From Diadema antillarum (taxonomy: Eukaryota): a stretch of 64,000 nt of DNA. The notes under the pieces were generated by a model. The model was not told the origin of the DNA. It saw only the letters and a list, made by a program, of their open reading frames with translations, and did not search any database. Positions 23,501-35,397 of this stretch are shown in pieces. Location: positions 248,001-312,000 of the forward strand of contig NW_027272591.1 in NCBI RefSeq assembly GCF_040938485.1. The letters run 5' to 3'. The translations under genes were made by a program, and so were the position numbers. Every line of letters starts with the position of its first letter. The first letter of the stretch is position 1.

Positions 23501-26500
23501 GGAAACAAGCTGAGACCCGAGCTACAAGAGTTTCGTCTCGGCATCCAGAAAGCACAAGAAGCCATTGATAACTCAATAGGAAGTGAGTGCAATCTGTGGT
23601 AGATAATCAAGCAGAAGAAAATGTAATTGCTTTGTATGGATTATTCTTCCAAGTTGTGGGCAATACTTATCAAGGAAACATGGCAACTGAGATGCTTTTC
23701 ACATTTCATAATGGTTAGATTCTTCCTATCTGTCTCCTGTTATTACATATCTCATCATCAAATGTTCTCCATTACTGTATATGGTGTTAAGTATTAGCCA
23801 GTCTAATTTTTAGCCAGTTGAAACTCAGATCCTGGCAATTATATGAATGGCTAGATTCACAATCCTTGAGTACAGCAATGAGCAGAAAAATGCACAGGGT
23901 TGTATGCATACTTATGTCACATGATAATTACATACCTGGATCAGAGTCAATACTTTTGTGCATTATTGAATTCACAAATGTGTAGCAGCCTACTGTGCAA
24001 AATTCGTGAAAACAAAACCCCATGAAATATATATGGTGATTACAGCAAATATGCATATATTGTGACACAAAAATCTAAAGAATCAAGCATTTGAACACAC
24101 AACCTCCCAGCAAGAGTTTGGCCAGCTCCAAAGGAACATTATATCATGTCCACTTCAGGTACAGGAAATAATTTTTGAGAAGAGCATACTGTGCATTGTT
24201 TTTGTGGCAAGTAGGAGTAATGCAAATTTTGTTTTTTATTTCAATCTATTCCCAGGTCCATCAAAAGTCAAGCTAGAAAACAAAGGAGATCTATCATTCT
24301 TCACAAAACAAGATGAGGTAAGCGTCACTTAATCTTGTGTGTTTCAGACATAGAACTTAGACTGTGATGAAGTTAACAGTCTAAAACTATAATAGCCATT
24401 ATGTTTAAATTCATAAAATGTAGGGCAATTTGTCAATCAGTTGCAAAGCCATTATGTTGTTCATGATATCAAGAATGAATATCAAAATACTTCACAATTT
24501 CTTGGCAATTTTTTTATCGCTCGTTCTACTTACTGGTACTGTGTTACTATTTCATTAGGCAAGTTTTCTGTTAGAGAATTGAAAGATAGAACTGATTTAA
24601 AGGGAATGCAAACCCAAAGAGCAATGTGGATTGAGTGAAAGCAGCAACATTAGCAAAGCACATCAGTGAAAGTTTGAGGAAAATCGGACAATCAATGCAA
24701 AAGTTATGAATTTTTAAAGTTTTGGTGTTGGAACCGCTGGATGAGGAGACTACTAGAGGTTATGACATATGAGTGGACAACAATACCAAGAACATATAAA
24801 GGAAATTCAACAAAAATTCACTTTTCTAGCATCATGAAAGAGCACTTGACTAACCGCTGTCAGAAAACTGGGGAAATAATTGCTACCCTTAACATATGTC
24901 AGTATCAAGTTGAATGGAATTTGTAATTTTCATGAAAAATGATTTTTTGTGAAATTTTCTTTATATTTCCTTTATATTGTTGTCCACTCATACGTCATAA
25001 CCTCTAGTAGTCTCCTCATCCAGCGGTTCCAACACCAAAGCTTTAAAAATTCATAACTTTTGCATCAATTGTCCGATTTTCTTCAAACTTTCACCGATGT
25101 GTTCTATTAACATTGCTGCTTTCACTTAATCCACATTGCTCTTTGGGTTTACCTTCCCTTTAACATTTTGTTGTATATATCTTAATATCTGATGAATGCT
25201 TGAATGTGCTCACTGTCCCCATGATTGATTTCTGCCAGGCCAAAAGCAAGAAGCCAGCCAGGATGGGCTACAGCAAGCCCATGGCCAAGCAGCAAGAGAA
25301 CAAGAAGAAGCGGCCCACCAAGCCGGAGCAGACTGACGCCGAGAAAAAGACGGCCAAGCAGCTCCTGGGTGAACTCTATGCTGACAAAGAATACCTCGAC
25401 ATGCTTCTCAGAGATGACGGTAAGTGCAGTCTGCAGAAAGCGATGTCCGTTACTTCCACCAGAAGTCCTGAGGCTCCTTAAAGTGCATCAGTCGGTCACC
25501 AAGAAAATTTCTGTGACTAGAATGTTAGCTACGGACTGTCATTAGGTGCTTTACACACACAACCACTTTGGCATACACTGAAGTTGGGCAACATGGCCCA
25601 TAGTGATCTAATATACTGACAACCATGAATGTTGTAAAGACAACTGTATTATATGATTGATTACAGGGTTTGACACTAAATTTTATTGTCCTGTTTGGGC
25701 CACTAAAATTTTACATTTGAAGCTTTGGTGCCCCCCAAAATAAATGCTTTGGCCCAACATACGGGAAATATAAGAATCCGTTTTGAATCTTTGTTGCCTG
25801 ATACAGGCTATCAAAAGATAACTTTTTATTTTGTAGCCCAACATCAATTTTCAGTGGCCCCGGGCCTTCAAGCCACTACTAATGTAATGTTGAGCCGTTG
25901 ATTAGCATGACAAGGCATGACATGATTTGTTTCTAAGATTATAAATCGTCGGTTGAGAATGATAAGGGCATTAAGTGACCACAAAACCCATAGTGTTCGA
26001 GAAGACTTAAAGCCCTTCTCATTCTCAACAGACGAAATGTAGCTATAATTAGGGTAGATCTCCTTTTCCTACCCTATGTGGTGTCATTTCACCCAGATTA
26101 ACATTGTACGGGTAATTGTGCAACATGATTAAAAATGTCTGTAATGTTTTGTTTAACACCATGTCCTTCCAGAATGTCTTCATGTTTTATAGTGTGTATG
26201 TGGATAAATGCAAAACTGTTGTGAATCATTTGATTGATTCTGATGTGAAAACTTGGCATCATTATTACATGGAAGAAGCACAATCGTTCAGATGGTAATA
26301 AGGTAAACTTAATGCAACATTATCTTGGCTGAAACCTGTGGATCCGTCTTGATCAAAGCTGCATTGTTGATAGCCATAGTACTATGAACTATAGGCATTA
26401 GTCATCCAAAATCTTTTGTGACTACTTTTTACAATCCTTCAGAAGAAAAACACTAGAGTACTGTAGAATGAGGAATGTTTGCATCAATTTTAATTTCTCA

Positions 26501-27261
26501 AGAGCCAAGATTTGCAAAGTTATAATGCATGCAAAAGTCCTTGTCTACCCTATATGCATTGAATGCCAGAGGCATTTCACAAAAATTTTATGCCATGAGA
26601 AAAGCTGTCAGCTCCTCACAAATATTTCATGCCACAAAAGTATTTTGCTGTACAGTATACCTGTCTCTCTCATATTTGCCCACTGTATTTTCTGTGCATT
26701 TTCAGTCACATGCAAGCAATCAGTCACTACTCAGCATGTATCACAAAGTATAGTTTCTCAGTAGCTTTAAAAAAACCCAATTAATTCCTTCCAGACACTT
26801 CCACAGAGTTGCATATATTTGTATAGCTTCTGCAATAGCAACAACGGTTGTTGCTTGCGTAATGAGTCTAACAATGTATGCATACATTTTCCTTGTCAGA
26901 CTTAACGAGAGCTGACACAGACAGCGGAAACCGAATCTACGACCTCGTGAACGAGGGCCTGCAGTATCTCGACACGAGGACAGAGTTCTGGCGGCAACAG
27001 AAGCCGATGTACGCCCGTAAGAGGGAGAAGGAGGAGGCGAAGGGGGCAAGGGAGAAGAACAAACAGAAACCAGCCGATCCTGCCAAGTACATCCTCAAGA
27101 ACCTAGAAGACATTGATGCAGGTAAGGAGACTTACTGTGGTGATGGTGATGGGGATGGTGACGGTGATGGTGATGGTGATGGTGATGGTGATGGTGGTGG
27201 TGATGATAATAGTGGTTATTATGGTGATGATGATGATCACAATGTTGATCATGATAGTGAC

Positions 27262-27295
<34 letters not shown>

Positions 27296-30200
27296 ATAGG
27301 ATTATTCATGACGTTCATGAGGAGGAGGAGGAGGATGATGATGATAAAGATGATTTTGTTACTAGATGACAATGTAAGGATAGTTATATTTTCAAAGCTG
27401 CACAGGGAGGAACTTTGTTTGGAAGCCTATGAAGGGGTTACAGACTTACTACCCATTAAATTTGTTTGATCATCAGTGTGGAACTACTTCTAGTCACTTT
27501 GAAAAAAAACAACAACACACAATTCATATCAAAATTAGATTATGCATCAGCTCTCCAAACTATGCATAGTATCTTAAAACTGTAGCACGCACTCAAGACA
27601 CATAGATATTCTTTGTGTATGACTTATTTATTTTTTTAAAAGAAGAAAAAAAAAAGGGCCAGTTGATAGCATAGGATGATAATTGCCTCATCTTGATACC
27701 TTCCATATCCAGCCCTGGCTGACGGCAGACCACGTGATGCTCTACGGCAGGCCCAGAAGGTCCTAAGGAATGTGGAGGGCTGGTCGCAGGACGACGTGCC
27801 AGAGAAACAGGAGTTCATTGCCAACTTGCACAGCTGCATCGGCAACGCATACCTCGACATGGGCAAGATGCCGGATGCTCAGCAGAACCACCAACGGGAC
27901 CTGGACATCTCCAAGGACAAGTGAGTTTCTGCAACAGAAAGAAAAAAAGAGATTAAGGAAACAATCAACGTGTTTTTCATGAATTCTTCTTCTCTTTTCC
28001 TTTATTTTCATGTGTAGCTTTGCTCATTCACCAGGTTCATTTTATTGCTACAAAGAACAATTCGAGTAGTCAGAAATTCTGAATGTAAAGCTGAATTCAT
28101 TCTGAAAAAGGGAATTACTGAAAACTTGACATCCAGCTTGAACTGCAATGTGCTGGTTCCAGGTCCCCATGTCATTTAATGATTAAGTTGCACAGACTGA
28201 ATGTTCGTGGTGTACCAACTGTGCAAGGACCTTGACATGGTTTCTGTATTTCCAATGTTGATATTCTTGACAACGCTAATGGCAATGTCATTATTGTGTC
28301 TTTCTGTTTGATGCTATGTTTTACATGTGTGTAATTACATAAAAAAAATGAATTGATGTTATACTTCTGTTTTGCAGGTTAAATATAAGAATAGCACAAT
28401 GTATGAGGTTGAAGGACTGTCCAATCAGTTATCTTGGATTACAGCTTACAGCAACGATAGAGCCTCAACTTCATTTTTTATTTGGAAGTTTCTATTTTAT
28501 CTATTTTCCCAATAAAAGCGATAATGAGGAAGGCAGGTCGCGGGCGTTGGATAACCTGGGTCGCGTGTACGCCCGCATCGGCAAGTTTGACGCGGCCGTG
28601 GCGCACTGGTCAGAGAAGCTACCACTGGTCAAGTCGGCGCTGGAAGGCACCTGGCTGTACCACGAGATCGGCCGCTGCCACCTGGAGCTGGGCGACTACC
28701 AGGAGGCCAGGGACTGTGGCCAGAAGAGTCTCCAGGCAGCCCAGGAGGCCGGGGACGACGTGTGGCAGCTCAACGCCAGCGTGCTCATTGCCCAATCAGA
28801 AGGTACCGATCCCTTAATGTCATTTTTTTTCCCCTTATCGCCATTTTCACTTTATGGACGCACTTTACATGATGCTACATTGATTTATATGTATTACTGT
28901 ATACGCTATTATTTTTCGCGTACAGATATTTTCGCGAATTACGAGGTCATAGACATTTTCGCGAAGCGATGCTGACCTTTATGTTAATGTCGTGTTAACA
29001 AAGTGCATTTAGACATTTTGGCAGGTTGTTAAAGCTGTGATCCAACAGTGATTCGCGACATGTGCGAAAATGCCTAAATTTTGTTACCTTTATTTGAATG
29101 TTATTATTGTGAATGCGCTGTAAGCACTTGCTATCTCAGTCCTTTTTAGCTGTGTAGCCTGCCTGTTTGAAGAGGGATGCAAACCAGTTTTGTTTTCGTG
29201 CATGCTCTCATTCGACCAATGAATAAATTGTCCTCAAGTACCAGACAACTGTGATTGTTGACCCCTGACCCCTAACTCTTTTCCTTCTTCTTTTTTTTTT
29301 TTCATTTCAGTCAAGCTGGGTGATCTCCAGGAGGCTATTGAGTCCTTCGAGCGTGCCCTTGAGATGGCCAAGGTCCAAGGGGACGAGCCGGCCCAGAAGG
29401 CCATCTCCAAGGCCCTGGAGGACCTCAATGAGAAGATCGTCCAGGGGCTGCAGGAGAAGGAGGCGGAGGGAGACGTCCTACCGGAGGAGCAGGATGGACA
29501 GAAGAAGGAGGAGGAGGAGGAGAAGAAGGAGGAACAGAAAGAAGAGGAAGGTGAGTCATTGGAGTAGAGTCGGTGCCAGTGTATTGCTTGTGTGGAATAT
29601 GGACCTACATGTATGATGGGTGAAGTAACATGCATCATTCGGACAGGGATCCATAGAGCCCCGTTTCATGATAAAAGTTGCTATGATTGTAACTCTTGCT
29701 GCTGGAGTGGCAAATGTCATGGTAACGACAAAAATCCAGCATCCTGATTGGCTGTTACTGCAAGAACTTGCTTTTCTATCAAAACTTAATATTCTAACAT
29801 CTTTTATGAAATGGGGCCCTGATTTCTGTCCGGTGCATTCTTAAAAATCTTTCAATCTTCTTTTTTTTTTCCGGGGGGGGGGGGGATCAGGGTCAATACC
29901 ACACCTTTACTGGTTATCTTTTGGGGAAAAGGGCTTCACAAGACAGAGAGAAAGATGAAAAAAAAAGGCAAAGGTTGTTGTATCTTGTGTTGAGAGGAAA
30001 GAATGTGTTGATGTGAGGTAGAGAAAAAGAAGGAAGGTAGAATTCAGTGAGATTAAAAAGCTATGTGAGAATAGACTACTAAGTATATTTGTACATGTAC
30101 ATGTACAATTGAAGTTTCCACCATATACATGTTAATGAGGATGAGTCCACCTTCATATACATGTAGATTGAATGAATGCATCAATATTAGTATTACACAT

Positions 30201-33200
30201 CAGTTAAAGTTTGAGGAAAATTGGACAATCCATTCAAAAGTTATGAATTTTTAAAGCATCTGCGCAGTCACTACTGGATGAGAAGACTACTACAGTGTAT
30301 GATGTCACATACGTAGAATGATATTCAAAAAAATATAAAGAGAATTTCACAAAATTTAATTTCTTGAAAAAATGCAAATTTCCTTGACTTGTCACTGACG
30401 TACAAAGGGTAGTATTATTCCCCCTGCCTACTGAAAGAGGTAAGTCAAGTGTTCTTATCTTATGTGAGAAAAGCGAAAATATGTTGAATTTTCTCTATAT
30501 TTTCTTTTTATCATTCTACACAATGTGACAACACAAGCGGTAGTAGTTCTCTCATCCAGTGATGGCGACACTGAAATTTCAGTGGGCAAAGATAAGCCAA
30601 TGTGATCTTTGGCATTTTGAGTCAAGTCTTGAGCTGTACATTTGTATGTTGTTGGTGGGTGTGTGTGTGTGTATTTTTTTTCAGTGATAAAGAGCTTTTG
30701 ATAGATGCACTTTGCATTCCGTCACTCTGATTGGAAGCATGACAGAGCAATTCAATGAGACAAGCTCGAGCTTGATATGTCTCGAGCTGGGGATCAGCAA
30801 ACTTCATTAAGATCAGTTAAAAATTTGAGTACTGTAAAAGTGGATATTTTCGCGCAACTAATTTTTCACACTCGGCCATGTGAGATGAGTTTCATGAGCT
30901 TTAAATTCTGCAGAATCAAGACATCAACTACTGAATATGGCGAGCAAAAATTGTTTGCATGCTTTTATTTTCGCGCTAGTTTCTGGTTGCGTGAAATGCG
31001 CAAATAAAATTTCAACACCGCGAAGATTTCCACTTTTACAGTACATGTGCAGATTAACGCTCTCTGTCGACCAAGGGAATAATTTTCAAATGAGATTTTG
31101 ACATTGCCATCCATGTGCATTTGGAATATACAAGTGTATGATGTATGAAAAATCCCTTCCAAAAGCACCTCGTGTCCATCGCGGAATAAAGATTAGCAGT
31201 CAGCAAAAAGAGGAAGAGGCTAACGATGCCGAGGTGGATGTTGGTCAGGCGAAGGAGGAGGAGAAGCCTGAGGAGGCGGAGGTTCCTCAGCAGAAGGAAG
31301 ACGACGTACAACAGAAGGAGGAGGAGAAGGAAGAGAAAGCGAAAGCTGATGGTGAAGACACTTTGTGTGGCTGGATGTTTAAATGTGTCATTATATATAC
31401 CCTCATCCTTGCTTCATCACATCATTGGTGCTTTTCATATATATCTCGACATCAATCCCCCACCCGCTCTCCTTACCTTTCCTGACATCCTGTTCCATTG
31501 TCTGAAGATATTCCTCTAGTATTTAATCTTTTGCAAGCGCATTATTTCACCAGGTCGGGATGCACTTTACAAAGTGTTTCGTCGTTGTGAAATCCTGTGT
31601 CACCGTTCCTTCTTTAAATGTTCTTCAAATGAAATGGAATTTTTCTACAGATTTGAATAGGTTGAATGGATGCTTTTGAATACCTAATGATCGTTCAATT
31701 ATTTCAAAACATTGAGTCTTTCATATTAAAACTATGAAGCTCATGAGACACAAGAAAACCCCTCCCCCTCCCCTCACAAAAGAAACAAACCAAAAACAAA
31801 AACAGCCCTAGAGGATTCTAGTAGGCTTGAATGAAATTACTGGTATGTGATTTCTCGTTCGACTAGTGACAACTCCTGTACGTTTTTCAAGGTCCTAATG
31901 CCTGTCCTAACTATTGCTATCTGAATCATACCACTCAAGTCACTTGACACATAAGAGAATCAAGTTGCTGAAAGTTACTAGGTGTAATGAGAGTGCTGTG
32001 ACCTTAGTATAATTACTCTCCAAGTTCTCTTTACTTTATTGATTAGGCATAGAGAATTCCTTGTTTTTGCATACGATAAATAACAATTCCACGAATGTAG
32101 TACATCACGCTGTGCAGCCTGGTGATATAATCAAGTGCTTATGATGGCTATTTCACAGCATGCTGTAGTTAAATTGACCATATGACTGCATACTCCTACT
32201 CACATTCACTTGTTGGTTGGATCGTGATGGCACAGTAACACGCCTCTTCCATCATTGCTTCATGTTGACTTGCTACTGGCTTTAATCCCTTGTGCTGGTA
32301 CAATGTAGATATTTTCACATCCTCAAGACACCATTCAGCGTTGTATGTAATGTTTGTGCAAAGCTACTAGTCTTGCTCTAGTCTAATATACATTTAGGCA
32401 TATTGTATATTACGAGAGATTGGCTGCATTTCAGGCCAGGAACATGCGTCATCTTTTTTCATCTTCACAATTTGAAAGCCTCTCACCCTCCCTCCCCCCC
32501 CCCCCCCCCCAAAAAAAAAAGAGAAGCAGACAATTTAAGAAATGCACAAAATTTATATTGATATCCTGTAGACTTTGAATAAGACAAATAACTTTCAAGA
32601 CAAGGAACCTTCATGCATTGTCCGGATGATTAAAAAGGACTAAAATCGATTTTCATACAGAATAGCTATGTCTGTGCTTTTTTTTTTTAAAGTGTAGATA
32701 CAAAGCACCTCCTTCTAAATGTGCAGTTTATTCATTGCTCCCCACACAGCACATTATCTGGATCTGTTTATGTTGCATACACTTTAATTTGAAAAGTAAC
32801 CCATTCTTGGGTTGCTTATTTTGAGCGAGTTAAAACATGCAACACTTGTGCTGTGTTACTTGCCTTTGCAACTCGCATTCTCTGCACTTATCTCCCCTCA
32901 TAACTTCAGTACATGTACAGTGTTCTGAAGTAAGCATAGCTCACCGTCAGCAAACCTGAGTAAACGAACATGCCACATACAATAATTACTCTTTTTGCCG
33001 TCACTGGACATGTGACTATATTCCCACTCCTCATTGTTGATCGTGAGATTTTTTTTCCCCCATGCAGATTAATTCTGGAAAAACTCTACTAAGCTTTTAT
33101 GACTATTAACTTCTAAGGCATGTGTGGAATATTTGTTTTTGTTTTTTGTTTTGTTTTTAATTGGTTAATCAATACCATTACCAAAGCATCTTTTTGATAT

Positions 33201-35354
33201 TTAAGGGATTGCTCCATACTTAAGATGGGAGATAGAGCTAACAAATCAGAGCCAGCGTTTGAAGAGGAGATATTTCTTCACGCCAGTGTTTGAGTGTTTT
33301 AATCACTCTTCTGTCCTTACTGCAAATTTCACAAATTTCAAACCTTCAAACGCGTACAATGCAATATGCTTTGATATGACTGGTGTTCCCACACAAGGTC
33401 ATTTGCCTTCAACAACCTCAAGTCAAACTATGTTATGTGGTAGATTATTCTTTAGAAGTAAACACATTTTTAGATTCTGCCTGTCACTGTTTATTCATGT
33501 ATATCCCACATACTCCTGGAAAAAAAAAATATCAGAAGTTTATAGTTTCAAAATGCATTGATCCAGGTTCAGATTTTTTTTTTCATGACATAACCATAAC
33601 CTGTCATCACATGTGGGTTGTGTGGAAACTAATTTCCTTTTTCACAGCTATATCAAATCTCTAAAATGTCACAGTTTGTAAAAGTTGCAGTTGGTGCAGT
33701 TTTGTTTTTGTTTTTTTGGCTGCTCTATTTTTTTTTTCATTATTGTATACATAACTTATTCTGAAGAATAACAAGAAATGTCATACAGTACTAGTGTTCA
33801 ATATTTCAATATCTTATCATTTAATTTCTTTATCAAAATATTGATTTTTGGTTAAAAATGAATCAGAAGACTGATAAACTTAATCAGGTGGCAAAGAAGT
33901 AAAAACAAAATTTTCCTTCCACAATAAGGTAATGCATGGTTTTACAAAACGCTTTTCAAGTTTTTAACAACTTTATATATCATTCAATATTCAAAGAAGA
34001 AAACAGGAATGGGGGTGGGGGGAGATATGCCATTGACACATTTACTCACTTCTGGGGGGTGTTTCATCAACATTTGTCAGCACTGACAAGTTGTCAGCAC
34101 TGACAATTTCAGCAAAATCCATAGTTTTGATTGGCTGAGATGCTCTGGTCACTGACTGTTACTATCATGGTGATTGTCAGCGCTGACAAACGTTGATGAA
34201 ACACCCTCCAGATTAATTACTTAGACGCATATCCAATCGTAAGACATCAATGCATTTTCAGAAAGAAAAAAGAAAAAAAAATGCCCTATTTTTCTTCTTA
34301 GTGTGCACTTTTGATATAAAATATCTTTGACAAGAGAAGCAAAGCATGGAAGAAATGAACTAAGGGCACTTTAGGACAGTATTTTTGTTCACTTTATTAC
34401 TGAGCAAAACTCACTGGCAAATTCCAATGCTGGCCAATCACGCAGACTCTCGCAGCAGTAGTAGGTCGTCCAAGTCCAAGGCCAGTAGCAGGAGCAGCAG
34501 CCGTTCGTCCCACCGCAGCCGAAAGAAGAGCGGCAGTAGCAGCTCTGATGACGAGTCCAAGAAGGATGGCAAATAGTTACGCCAAAGAGGTGAAAGATTT
34601 CTCACGCTGGAAGTTAGCAAGGAGGGTTAACAACAACAACAACAACAAAATTTTGTATTTAAGGTGTAGGGAACAGGAATGGGGTAGGGACATGAGAGTG
34701 TGTTCTATGAGTAAGCTTATGAGTCTTTAATTGCTGAAACACACACATTTTCTATGATACTTCCAGTTTTAAGGAGGTGGGGTGGGGAGGTTTTTTTTCT
34801 TCTTCTTTTTTTCCTTTTTTAAGGGGGTAGGGAAGCAAAGATGGATTTCCTTGTTCTTACTTGTAGCTTCTACATGTATCTTTCCACTATTTCACAGACA
34901 TGCAATGTAGGAAAATTTTCCTCAAATTTAGTTTGCGACGGTCGAAATGGCTATACACGCATGACTCTGCATTCAACTGGCATTCAGCTGGCATTCAGCT
35001 GACAGATGCACCTTTGTTGTTTTTCTCATCAAAAATCAAATGTCAACAGTAGATGCCAGTATGAGTGAACTGAAGTGCAATCACACAGAATTGTGAATGA
35101 TGATGCCTTTGTAGACAAGCAGAAACATTGCCAGTGAAAAGACGGTACATCGCAAGTGAGAACCCAAAATGGGTCATTCTTCACGTTTATCAGAATGTGC
35201 TGAGAAAATGCTGGACCTTGAGACTACTACTTCAAATCTCTAATTTGTTGTTAGTGTCTGTCAAGGTCAACATACAATTTTTTTTTCTGTGCCAGGTACA
35301 TAATGGAGATTCCTTGTTCTAGTCCCTTTCCCTCTTTCCATCTTTTTCTCCCCC

Positions 35355-35397
<43 letters not shown>

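Noticed and set aside
27103-27469. Poly-Ile and poly-Met/Val ORFs
   Set aside because: Alternative frames of the GAT/GGT microsatellite.
34545-34575. CTGATGA followed by a possible stem as a second hammerhead
   Set aside because: No GAAA box follows a closed stem II, and it lies within the Ser/Asp codons of a putative exon.
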